A DNA stretch of 64,000 nt, from positions 159,177-223,176 of the IMG/VR virus record IMGVR_UViG_3300028392_000029; one strand, written 5' to 3'. Each line of letters opens with the position of its first letter. The first letter of the stretch is position 1. This document shows, piece by piece, positions 7,172-15,945 of the stretch. The translations under genes were made by a program, and so were the position numbers. The notes under the pieces are model-generated. The model was not told the origin of the DNA. It did no database searches and worked only from the letters and a program-made list of their open reading frames with translations.

Positions 7172-9841
7172 TTAGAACTCAAATAAACTGTTAAATGTGT
7201 TTTTTTCTTCTGTACTACGGACATCCCATTTAAGTACACCGATAAGATTTTCTAGTTTTTTATCTATAATGGCTTGTTCCATTTCAGTATGGTTAAAAGG
7301 CAAATCCTTAAACCATTGCGGCAATCTGAGCTCATCTACTGGATAAGCTACGCTTGTGAATCCCAAAGGATTGTCTTTAAGTTTGCAGACGATAACTTTT
7401 GCACCATCTGTAATAGCCATGCTATATTTGTCATCAAACATACGTTTAAGTGTGTTCCAATTAATGCTTGCACGAACATGCCCGGGCATATTAGCCTTAC
7501 CAGCCTTTACTTCCTTAGCCTGATATTCTGTAATGTTATTGGCACGTTTAGGACTACCTTTCTCCCAACCGGGACGAACTTTAAAACGTGTTCGGAATTC
7601 AGTGATGTGGGCTAGTACAGTATTTTCGTCAGCACCGGTTAGCACCAACTCAAGAACATCACTTAAAAAGTTTTGAATAAACTCAGGTGTATCACTACGC
7701 TTGAGATCCAGCCCCATGGCTTTGATCTTGCCAGGCTTGCCATCTACGTCTGCACGTTTGCCTTCTTTGTCATAATACAACACTGCATAGCGTTTCTTAG
7801 TAATAAACAGACCTTTAATTGCAACAATCTCACGACCAGCTTTGATAACTTCACCGCGTGACTTTGGCACATGGAATGTATCTAACATGAACTGTGGAAA
7901 GGTAGTATTAACTTCTTCACCAATCTGGTCATATAGCTGAACAACACTTTCTTTAGTCCAGGGAATAACTTTTGAATTGATATCTTTTTGCAGAGTTTTA
8001 TAAGCACTAAAATAGCACGAGTCTGTATCACCGTAAATAATAGCCTTGCCCCTGTAGTCATACTCGCCGGCCACAATCTCATTGACCTTGCCAGCCATGT
8101 GCTTGACAATTTGTCTGCCTGTCAGTGTGGTTGACTGCCCGATACGCTTGTCAAAGAATCTACAGCCACTATTAAGAATAGCACCATACAAACTGTTCAA
8201 GTTAATCTTCTTGACCAACTGACGTTTGTCCCAATATTCTTCTTCAATCTTGTTGCCTGCCTTGATAGCATCTTTTAGTTTGGCCTGCATCTCCTTACGT
8301 TCGGCATACCAACGTTTGAGCAAGCCGGGGATAATGCCTTCTGTTTCGTGTGTAAAGATAGTACCATTAGCACTTAACATCCACGGCTGATTGCTTTCAA
8401 ATATAAGTCTATAGACTTCCGCGGCACTGAGCACATCACTATCACCGTTTTGCCAATCAATAGTAATGTCTGTGCCAATTTGTTGTTCCATTACGGCTGT
8501 ATATTCTAGTGATCCGAAGATACCTTCCCATGCCGCCGCAAATGATTTACCTTTTCCAATTTGCGCTTCAATATAATCGTCAGTTAATGTCTGACGTAAT
8601 TGTCCAACAATAGTTTCCGGACCCATATTCAATGCACGAATGGCTGATGGGTAAAGACTATTAATATCTAGGGAACCAATCCAATCATGAATACCTTCTT
8701 TAGGGACAGCGACATACGCACCTGCGGCTCCTTCATTATCTTCTCGATCATCCATCTTAGTTCGATTGGGTACTTGGAATCCTCTTCGATGGGCTTCGTT
8801 GATAATTGCTTGCTCAGTTACAGCTACCGCACCCATTGTGGTCTGTAGCAACACAGTACACTCATGTGCCAGTGTGTTGGCAAGATCCATAAACTTTAGT
8901 TTCTTGTCTAGATCGTCAAGCAGTTTACAGTCGTTACGGTTGTACTCAATGAACGTTTTAAAGTCATTGTTGTATAATTGGTCGAGCGTACCTTCATATT
9001 GTGTTTTACGTTGACCTAGTTCATATTCCGCGATGGCGTCAAGTCTATAACTGTGGCGTTCTTCATACGTATACTTACGGTACAGCTCAAGATAGTCTAA
9101 GTGAACGCGACCAATGTAGTCATAGGTTACACTATCACGACCAAACTTTTCATATTCTCTGCGTTTAGGAAATTGGTCAAATAAACAAAAACGTCGGGTA
9201 TCTTCTTTGCTTAGTGCTTTAGTAACACGATTAGTTGTGTAGGGAATATCAAAACCTTCACTATTCCACCCACTTAGTACATCAGCATCTTTAATCAAAT
9301 CAAGAAAAACATCTAGCATTTCTGCTTCTGTTTTATAAAGCATTGTGTTAGGGAAGTCTTTAACTTGCTCTAACGCTTCTTCCATGGTAATAGTCTTTGG
9401 AGGAACTGCTAGACATACCATGGTTTCCATCCACTGTAGGTAGACAGCAATCGCAGTAATTGGCATGAACGCATCGTCTGGACTTGCATAGCCACGCTCT
9501 GGATCAAAGTCTACCTCAATATCGAAAAACGCTACGTTTAGTTTAGGAGCATCTTGATTAATGTAGTTTTCGCTTAGGCAAACAAAGATGGGATTAATAT
9601 CTGCTTCAAATAATTGCTTACCTGAATTAATTGCTTGTTCTTTGCGTAGTTCTTTTGTATTTTTACAGATAACCCTGTTAAGTGGGTCGCCGTAGATTGA
9701 TTGATATTTGCCCTTGGGGTCTTTGTAGTAAAACGTGTGTTTGACAGGTATGTCACGGAACTCACGCTCACCTTTCTTATTGCGTTCGACAACTTTAATA
9801 ACATCGTTATTACGGTCAAACCATGCATCTACATAGCTCAT
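7172..9841 (-). CDS. polB: Family B DNA polymerase (T4 gp43-like)
   Basis: ExoI DIEV, ExoII WNSEGFD, ExoIII YNRND; DINSLYPS, KINLNSLYG, YGDTDS, KKRY. Confidence 0.97.
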   Translation of the reverse strand: MSYVDAWFDRNNDVIKVVERNKKGEREFRDIPVKHTFYYKDPKGKYQSIYGDPLNRVICKNTKELRKEQAINSGKQLFEADINPIFVCLSENYINQDAPKLNVAFFDIEVDFDPERGYASPDDAFMPITAIAVYLQWMETMVCLAVPPKTITMEEALEQVKDFPNTMLYKTEAEMLDVFLDLIKDADVLSGWNSEGFDIPYTTNRVTKALSKEDTRRFCLFDQFPKRREYEKFGRDSVTYDYIGRVHLDYLELYRKYTYEERHSYRLDAIAEYELGQRKTQYEGTLDQLYNNDFKTFIEYNRNDCKLLDDLDKKLKFMDLANTLAHECTVLLQTTMGAVAVTEQAIINEAHRRGFQVPNRTKMDDREDNEGAAGAYVAVPKEGIHDWIGSLDINSLYPSAIRALNMGPETIVGQLRQTLTDDYIEAQIGKGKSFAAAWEGIFGSLEYTAVMEQQIGTDITIDWQNGDSDVLSAAEVYRLIFESNQPWMLSANGTIFTHETEGIIPGLLKRWYAERKEMQAKLKDAIKAGNKIEEEYWDKRQLVKKINLNSLYGAILNSGCRFFDKRIGQSTTLTGRQIVKHMAGKVNEIVAGEYDYRGKAIIYGDTDSCYFSAYKTLQKDINSKVIPWTKESVVQLYDQIGEEVNTTFPQFMLDTFHVPKSRGEVIKAGREIVAIKGLFITKKRYAVLYYDKEGKRADVDGKPGKIKAMGLDLKRSDTPEFIQNFLSDVLELVLTGADENTVLAHITEFRTRFKVRPGWEKGSPKRANNITEYQAKEVKAGKANMPGHVRASINWNTLKRMFDDKYSMAITDGAKVIVCKLKDNPLGFTSVAYPVDELRLPQWFKDLPFNHTEMEQAIIDKKLENLIGVLKWDVRSTEEKNTFNSLFEF

Positions 9842-9853
9842 TAATTCTCCTTA

Positions 9854-9899
9854 TGTCATTTTAGGCTGACAAATACCTAGTGTGCGGTTTATGGCCCGC
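9854..9899 (-). promoter_or_regulatory. Tandem stem-loops in the polB leader (candidate translational operator)
   Basis: GCGG-GCCATAAA-CCGC and TGTCA-GCCTAAAA-TGACA, the second directly before the SD AAGGAGAA. Confidence 0.55.
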
Positions 9900-9915
9900 C
9901 GACCCTCTATAGCAA

Positions 9916-9921
9916 TATTTA
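9916..9921 (-). promoter_or_regulatory. TAAATA late-type promoter upstream of polB
   Basis: Intergenic TAAATA, a motif that recurs at many gene starts in this window. Confidence 0.45.
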
Positions 9922-10179
9922 TCAGATACGCTTAGTGATATCCAAAATTGCTTCAATCTCTTCCCAATCTTCATTGTAAGCCGCCCAATCGCCTTTGTGT
10001 GCAATCTTGATAGCTTTGTTAATGACACTTGGTTTGATCTGTAATTCTTCTGCTACTGCCTTAACTGTTTCTTTCAATCCTTCTTGCAAGTCTTCAACTT
10101 CGCGTAGTACTGTGCTACCTTCACTAATCAAACGCTCGAGTTTTGCCTTTTCTTCTGCACCGTATGAACGACCACCCAT
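9922..10179 (-). CDS. DsbA/GapR-like double-stranded DNA-binding protein
   Basis: 85-aa helical protein with EDLQEGLKETVKAVAEELQIKPSVINKAIKIAHK, resembling T4 DsbA. Confidence 0.6.
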   Translation of the reverse strand: MGGRSYGAEEKAKLERLISEGSTVLREVEDLQEGLKETVKAVAEELQIKPSVINKAIKIAHKGDWAAYNEDWEEIEAILDITKRI

Positions 10180-10204
10180 TGTAAATCTCCTAATGTATAA
10201 GCCT

Positions 10205-10233
10205 ATTATATACTAGTTATCCGGTAAATGCAA
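10205..10233 (-). promoter_or_regulatory. sigma70-type promoter (TTGCAT-N17-TATAAT)
   Basis: Upstream of the dsbA-like-polB operon, followed by an AGGAG SD. Confidence 0.7.
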
Positions 10234-10255
10234 CCACTAAGAAATTTTAGAGGTG

Positions 10256-10282
10256 AAAATGGCAGAACTAGTCTGCCATTTT
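10256..10282. terminator. Intrinsic terminator hairpin
   Basis: AAAATGGCAGA-actag-TCTGCCATTTT perfect inverted repeat after the internal-protein operon. Confidence 0.8.
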
Positions 10283-10295
10283 GTTGCATAACTAA

Positions 10296-12089
10296 TTACG
10301 GTGCTGGAGCCGGCGCCGCCTTTGGAAGTGAATCAATAGCAGTTTGTGCGGATTGTAATGCGGCGTTAATGCCGGCATCGTTGCCGTCATCTGGTAATTG
10401 AGCCATGATTTTTCTAATCTCGTCAACCATTGCTGTTTGTTCCGGTGTTGGTCCAACTGGCACTACAGGAGCTACTGGTTTGTTTGGATCTACTACTGGT
10501 TTATTTGGATCAACTGGTTTATTTGGATCAACTGGTTTATTTGGATCAACTGGTTTATTTGGATCAACTGATGGATCTGGACCTTGTCCTTTATTTGGAG
10601 TTAACGCAAGACCAGCGGCACCTCCTAATGCTGCCGCACCTAATGCAGTTTTAACTGGGTTCTTTGCAATTGCTGAACCTACGCCCATTCCTTTAAGTGC
10701 CGCATTTGAAGGAGCTCTTTCAGCGCCAGCTTTTGCCATTGCTTGCACCTGGGCAGGCGTATACTTTGCTACTTTGTTTGCTCCACGGCCAGTAGTTTGC
10801 GCCGCTAATTTGTCAGCTGACTTTTGAAAGGCAGCTTTGTCTACAGTATTAGCTAATCCTGGTTGGCCTTTCAACCCCTTCCAAGCCGCACTACCAAAGT
10901 CTGCTATATCACCAAAGATACCTTCATCTAGTGTTAATGGTTTGTTCTTTACACTTTCCCAGATGTGTTTTACTGTTGTAGTGTCTGTAACTAAGTCACC
11001 GTTGGTTCTATAAAAATTACCATCAGTGCCTAAGAAATATTCTTTGTCTAATGTTGACATAGCTTCTAACATTTCTAAACGATTGCGTAGACGAACAATA
11101 GACTCGGCAGCAGATTCTGCGGCAGGCATTGTGACTCCATATTGCTTCATAGCGGCTTGAGTCATCGGACCCATTTTGCCATCAGCTTTAATCTTAGCAC
11201 CTTTCTTGATTAGTTCATTTTGTACAGCAAATACTTTAGCATCTCCACCAGGTGGAACTGCAGGTTTACTATCAAACTCACCATGTTTGTAATCACGAGC
11301 TAAGTTGGCGGCATCTAATCCTAATGATGCGGCAGTGCCAATTCCTGGAACTAAACTAGCTAGACCACTGGCACCAGCCATACCGGCACCTAACCAATCA
11401 CCTTTCTTAGCGCGATTATACGCATCGGCAGCACCGAATGCTAAACCAACACCAGGGATAGCTTTGCCTAACATTTTACCAACACCTTTAGCGCCAGCGT
11501 ATGTTGCGCCACCGACGGCAGCTTGTTGTGCTAGGCTTGCTTCGCTTTCAGTTTGATAACCAAAACTCTCAATCAATCTACGCGAGTTAAAAGATTCCTT
11601 AACGGCTGCAGGAGTTTTTAATGATGCTTGTAATTTTTGTACTAGATCTGCCAACTTAGTCATGTTGGCTTGATTTTGCTCGTTACTGTTTAGTGTAGCA
11701 TTAGTTCTATCGCTTTGTGTTTGTACATCCTTGTCGTACTTACCACCACTTACGCCAAACAGTCTACCAAGGAATGAACTCTTGTTTGCATTCTTAGGAA
11801 CTAGACCTAAATTAGCTAATTTTTGGTCATCTTCTTTGCTAGCAGTAGTACTGATACGTGCTGTTGGCTGTCCGCCGTCGCTAGCCGGGTTTAATACAGC
11901 AGAAACATAGTTACCGCTTACTGGATCATACAATCCTGGCAAGCCGTTTTTCTCAGCCATCTGTTGTAGTGTAAGTGAACGAGCTTGTTCATTACTAGCA
12001 CCTTGTACGGCAGCTTCTACATCTCGCAATCTAATACCTTCGGATAGTTCGATTGCATCTAGTTTGTTCATTAATTCACGAATGTTCAT
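10296..12089 (-). CDS. Putative virion internal/ejection protein with a peptidoglycan-binding-like module
   Basis: Start MNIRELMNKL (12089); Gly/Ala-rich membrane-like segments; VQNELIKKGAKIKADGKMGPMTQAAM is PG_binding_1-like; VDPNKP repeats. Confidence 0.6.
   Translation of the reverse strand: MNIRELMNKLDAIELSEGIRLRDVEAAVQGASNEQARSLTLQQMAEKNGLPGLYDPVSGNYVSAVLNPASDGGQPTARISTTASKEDDQKLANLGLVPKNANKSSFLGRLFGVSGGKYDKDVQTQSDRTNATLNSNEQNQANMTKLADLVQKLQASLKTPAAVKESFNSRRLIESFGYQTESEASLAQQAAVGGATYAGAKGVGKMLGKAIPGVGLAFGAADAYNRAKKGDWLGAGMAGASGLASLVPGIGTAASLGLDAANLARDYKHGEFDSKPAVPPGGDAKVFAVQNELIKKGAKIKADGKMGPMTQAAMKQYGVTMPAAESAAESIVRLRNRLEMLEAMSTLDKEYFLGTDGNFYRTNGDLVTDTTTVKHIWESVKNKPLTLDEGIFGDIADFGSAAWKGLKGQPGLANTVDKAAFQKSADKLAAQTTGRGANKVAKYTPAQVQAMAKAGAERAPSNAALKGMGVGSAIAKNPVKTALGAAALGGAAGLALTPNKGQGPDPSVDPNKPVDPNKPVDPNKPVDPNKPVVDPNKPVAPVVPVGPTPEQTAMVDEIRKIMAQLPDDGNDAGINAALQSAQTAIDSLPKAAPAPAP
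10474..10566 (-). repeat. 18-bp tandem repeat encoding VDPNKP
   Basis: actggtttatttggatca in four perfect copies at 10495-10566, plus one degenerate 21-bp copy. Confidence 0.95.
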
Positions 12090-12090
12090 T

Positions 12091-13170
12091 TTATTTTCCT
12101 TTATTTGGTACACAGTTAGGTACTGACTTGCTGCCTTTTTTCTTTGTACCAACCATTTTATAACCTTTCCAGCACGGATCATTCATCATTTCATCTATGC
12201 CAGCAGGTATGTTTCTGCTGTTTGAGCCGCCGGCTCGACGTTTAGCACCCAATTCTCCTAGACCATGACTAATTTGTTCAATATTCATAGCAAGTTCGGG
12301 GAACAGCTTAGTAATATGTTGCCATATTCTAGGATCATCACTTTGAGCCTGTTCTGCTAGATCTTTTAATTGTCTACGAGCTCGCATAATGCGATACTCG
12401 ATACTACCTGGATTCGCACCTTTATGACTGTGAATAGTACTGGACATAGGGTTTTCACGATCAAAGTCTAATGGAGTTTCTGCCACATTACCTTGTAGAC
12501 CAGGGCCGCCTGGCCCAGGTTTAAATCCCATGTTGTCAGATAACCCTTCTTGCATGGTCTTTAACAGCTCTTGGGCTTTTTCAATGCTAATCATATAACG
12601 GCCGAGTCTGTTTGGATCAGCGGCTTTTTCTAACCACTCTTTACTATAACCAGTTGGTGCTGGAGTTGGAGCCGCCGACGGCACGACTGGTTGTTTACCT
12701 TGTTCTCTTGCTGTTAGTTCAGCCTGCGCATCAGCTACACTAACCATGTATCTTCCAAGTCTGTTTGGATCGGAGGCTTTGCGCAACCATTCTGTATCAA
12801 ACCCACTTAAATCGGCACCTTCTTTTATACGTTGCGTCGACTCTCTCATTAAGACACGTTCAGCAATAGTCTGAGCGTATTGTTTATACATTGTATTTTT
12901 TTGTGTCAATCTTTTGGTAGCATCTGTTTCAGCTTGATCAAAATACTTTCTGATACTCGATTCACGAGTAATATTTGAAACAGGAGTAGTAATAGGTTGG
13001 CCAACAACAGGTTGCTGATAGTGTTGCATTGCCATTTGTACTGGCAATGTTACTTTGTGTGGATTGCTGCCTTCGTTGATAATAGAAAGAAACTTGGACA
13101 TGCTATCAACGCCTTCCACAGGCTTCGAAGATGCCCCATCCATCGCCTGTAGAATACGTTTCATGTCCAT
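12091..13170 (-). CDS. Putative head-internal protein with a duplicated 30-aa module and a C-terminal CWKGY...PNCVP motif
   Basis: EWLxKAxDPNRLGRYMxS occurs twice; several [ILM]xE sites. Confidence 0.6.
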   Translation of the reverse strand: MDMKRILQAMDGASSKPVEGVDSMSKFLSIINEGSNPHKVTLPVQMAMQHYQQPVVGQPITTPVSNITRESSIRKYFDQAETDATKRLTQKNTMYKQYAQTIAERVLMRESTQRIKEGADLSGFDTEWLRKASDPNRLGRYMVSVADAQAELTAREQGKQPVVPSAAPTPAPTGYSKEWLEKAADPNRLGRYMISIEKAQELLKTMQEGLSDNMGFKPGPGGPGLQGNVAETPLDFDRENPMSSTIHSHKGANPGSIEYRIMRARRQLKDLAEQAQSDDPRIWQHITKLFPELAMNIEQISHGLGELGAKRRAGGSNSRNIPAGIDEMMNDPCWKGYKMVGTKKKGSKSVPNCVPNKGK

Positions 13171-13174
13171 TGTA

Positions 13175-14710
13175 TTAACCTAATAGACGCTTTGTTAATG
13201 CACGAATGCTAGCAACTTCACCTGATTCAGCAACCATAGTTCGCTCGTTTTGATTTAAACGACCTGTTAGTTCGCGCATACGTGATAAGTCAGAGGATTC
13301 GTTAGTGCCAATTGGATCTTTTTTGCCTGCTGGTGCTGGCATCATTGCTCCTAACTTCTTGGCTTCTTCAGCATCCTTAGCACCTGATGGATTTGGAACA
13401 ACGGTCAAATTCTCGTCTGTAATCTTTTCTTTCTTTTTCTTTTCAGCTAGATACGCTTGAGTTTCTTTGATGTTCTTCCACATAGCGGCAGCGGCAACCT
13501 TCTCACCTTTCTCACCGCCACCAGCAGCCTTGGCCACTTTGTCAAAACTCTTACCTGGCTTACCAATGTCGCCACCTGCTTTAGCTTTCTTAACTACAGC
13601 AGATTTTTTCTCTTTGCTTAGACCTGCGCTTGGTTTTGCGGCTTCCTTAACAGACTTTCCGCCTTTTTCATCTTTGCCAAGACGTCCGGCGATAACATCA
13701 CCACGTGTTACTTTGTCGTATGGTTTAGCGTTGTTGGCCAAGTTGCCATCGCCTTTCTTTTTAGCTTCGTCTAATTCAACTTCTTTTTCTTTCTTTGGCT
13801 TAGCAGGTGCACCGTCACGATTGTCAAACTTCTCGCTATCCTTCATACCCCATGTCTTAGCACTTTTAGGAGACATCTTTTGTGCAGGAGCTTTTTCTTT
13901 TTTCTCTGCGGCCGACTGCGATTTAGCATGGGTCTTAATACCCTTACCTGATTTAGCGTTCGAAGAGATTTCGTCGCCGTCGTCGTGATACGTAGTATTG
14001 GTATGCTTCATACCGGTATCAGTTTTAGTTGCTACACCTGTGCGTGTTTTAAATGTATCACCAGTCTTTGATTTGTCGGTAAATTCTTCATCTAAGTCTT
14101 CTTCACTGTCAGGAATACCATTGTGATTTTTATCTAAACGCTTGTGAGCGGCATGCATAGCTTTAGTTTTGCGATCGTAATCACCAGCCATTTTCTTAAC
14201 ATGATCTGGAATTGGCATCGCTTCGACATATACCATACCAGTACCACCACACTCTGTACATTGTTGCTCACCACCGCGCAACGGACCTTCCATTACTTTT
14301 TTATCTTTGGCTTTTTCAGCTTGAGTCTTTTTAAGATCTTTCATCTTAGATTTAGCTTCTGAAAGCAATTCTTTAATTTTCATACGTTGTCCTTCGCTTA
14401 ATGTATCGCTGTTATCTAAGTGTTTACCATATTCACTAAATTTCATCTCATATTCTAAGTAGTGGTATACTGATGCAATATAATCAGCGGCCTTAGTGAT
14501 CTTAGCTTGCACCCATGCTTCTAACTGATCATCGTCATGAACTTGTTTGAACAATTTCATGCTATAGTTAGCTAGTTTGTATAGATCAGCTTTGGCCATT
14601 GCGCCTTCGTGATCTAATTCATCACTGTGCAAGCCTACTACTGCTGACTGTTCAGTTGGGCTACTTTGTGGTTCCATTTCTGGGTTCATTTGGTCTAAAT
14701 CTGCTGGCAT
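13175..14710 (-). CDS. Lys-rich putative head-internal protein
   Basis: 511 aa; EGAMAKADLYK...LEAWVQAKIT domain, CTECGGTG, EF-hand-like DKNHNGIPD, many xxE cleavage-like sites; AGGAG-like SD and TAAATA upstream. Confidence 0.6.
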   Translation of the reverse strand: MPADLDQMNPEMEPQSSPTEQSAVVGLHSDELDHEGAMAKADLYKLANYSMKLFKQVHDDDQLEAWVQAKITKAADYIASVYHYLEYEMKFSEYGKHLDNSDTLSEGQRMKIKELLSEAKSKMKDLKKTQAEKAKDKKVMEGPLRGGEQQCTECGGTGMVYVEAMPIPDHVKKMAGDYDRKTKAMHAAHKRLDKNHNGIPDSEEDLDEEFTDKSKTGDTFKTRTGVATKTDTGMKHTNTTYHDDGDEISSNAKSGKGIKTHAKSQSAAEKKEKAPAQKMSPKSAKTWGMKDSEKFDNRDGAPAKPKKEKEVELDEAKKKGDGNLANNAKPYDKVTRGDVIAGRLGKDEKGGKSVKEAAKPSAGLSKEKKSAVVKKAKAGGDIGKPGKSFDKVAKAAGGGEKGEKVAAAAMWKNIKETQAYLAEKKKKEKITDENLTVVPNPSGAKDAEEAKKLGAMMPAPAGKKDPIGTNESSDLSRMRELTGRLNQNERTMVAESGEVASIRALTKRLLG

Positions 14711-14733
14711 GAGTATACTCCGTTATCTTTATA

Positions 14734-14739
14734 TATTTA
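14734..14739 (-). promoter_or_regulatory. TAAATA late-type promoter
   Basis: TAAATA overlaps the upstream stop codon, 24 nt before ATG 14710. Confidence 0.5.
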
Positions 14740-15213
14740 TCGTTTGATGCTTCCGCCAGTCATTAGATTCACATCTATATCTAGGGCGTTTTTAGCTGTG
14801 CCGTCTTTGTTTTTAGGCTGTTTTACTGGTTTATTCTTATATACCGGGCCTACTGATACATTAGCGGCACTGGTTGCTCCAGCGGTTGCTGATTCTGACA
14901 CATCTTCGGGTTTACCAAACGGATGTACTTCAATCCACTTGCCGCCTTCATTTTTAATCCATTTTTCCTGATGAAACTTACTTTTGACAATGCCGTGCAT
15001 TTTTAATGCCTGTTCAGGACTATCTCTAAATCCCTGTTGGCGAGCTTCATGTTCGCGATGGTTACTGATCATAGCTTGATGTAACCTACCATCTTTAAAA
15101 ATGTATAATAGATTTGATTCGTCTTCTGCAGGATTGCGGCGCTGACTACTAAATCCTGTGCGATTGTTATCGTAATTGTTATAGTGACCTTCGTCAAGTT
15201 CGTGCATTTTCAT
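14737..15213 (-). CDS. Putative head-internal protein (MKMHELDEG...ESATAGATSA)
   Basis: N-terminal tag shared with neighbouring genes. Confidence 0.6.
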   Translation of the reverse strand: MKMHELDEGHYNNYDNNRTGFSSQRRNPAEDESNLLYIFKDGRLHQAMISNHREHEARQQGFRDSPEQALKMHGIVKSKFHQEKWIKNEGGKWIEVHPFGKPEDVSESATAGATSAANVSVGPVYKNKPVKQPKNKDGTAKNALDIDVNLMTGGSIKR

Positions 15214-15214
15214 T

Positions 15215-15508
15215 TTATTTTCCTACAGGTTTTTCGCCAGTTAAGTACGGCTTACTAAACCACAGTTGAAACCATTCTGGGGTTCCGGGACGAATATGAT
15301 GCTTACGCTCTAGCTCTTGTTTGCTCATACCAGTAACACTGATATTACTGCCTTGATTAGCACGGTATTCGTGTAGTCTAGCTTCGCCACCTAACCCGCC
15401 TAGTCCTGCTAGTGCTTTCATTTCGTGTATAGGATCACTCGGATCTAAATAGCAGTCATCTGAACTATCTTGATTTAAATCCTGCGTAGTAATTCTATAC
15501 TGTTTCAT
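15215..15508 (-). CDS. Hypothetical protein (MKQYRIT...IRPGTPEWFQLWFSKPYLTGE)
   Basis: Start set at 15508, overlapping the dps stop. Confidence 0.65.
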   Translation of the reverse strand: MKQYRITTQDLNQDSSDDCYLDPSDPIHEMKALAGLGGLGGEARLHEYRANQGSNISVTGMSKQELERKHHIRPGTPEWFQLWFSKPYLTGEKPVGK

Positions 15509-15945
15509 TTTAAACTTGACCTCAGCATCCAACTGTGCTTCTTATGTGCATCCTGTCGATCAGCTAAGAAATTACTCAGCCCGTGGTCACCATGCGCTTC
15601 AGCCATATCAAACGTAATGCGAAATATCTCAGCCATTCTGTCACTATCTGTTAATAATTCTTTTAGCATACCGCTCCAATCTGGTACATGATTTTCATCT
15701 TCTACCACAGTCAGCATACTGAATTTTTGTAAACTAGCCGGTGTATAAATCTGTAGAGCACGTAGATGTTCCGCAAACGGATCAATTGCACCATATACTT
15801 CCTCGTATATGGTTTGAAACAGTTCGTGTAACTGACCAAACAACGGTCCTTCTACATTCCAGTGAAAGTTATGCGCTTTTAGATAAAAACTAAATTCACT
15901 AGCAAAAGCTGTTTTTAATGATAAGTGATATTTGTCGTGTTCCAT
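15505..15945 (-). CDS. dps: Dps family ferritin-like DNA-protection protein
   Basis: KAHNFHWNVEG, LHELF, D-x3-E ferroxidase residues, HKKHSWML. Confidence 0.92.
   Translation of the reverse strand: MEHDKYHLSLKTAFASEFSFYLKAHNFHWNVEGPLFGQLHELFQTIYEEVYGAIDPFAEHLRALQIYTPASLQKFSMLTVVEDENHVPDWSGMLKELLTDSDRMAEIFRITFDMAEAHGDHGLSNFLADRQDAHKKHSWMLRSSLK

Noticed and set aside
8340-8620. Extra segment in PolB between motif A and the fingers, considered as an intein
   Set aside because: It has no C/S start with HN-C/S/T end and no LAGLIDADG motif; it looks like an ordinary family-specific insertion
10474-10566. Tandem repeat as a possible CRISPR array
   Set aside because: There are no spacers; it is an in-frame coding minisatellite. 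No cas genes or repeat-spacer arrays were seen in the window
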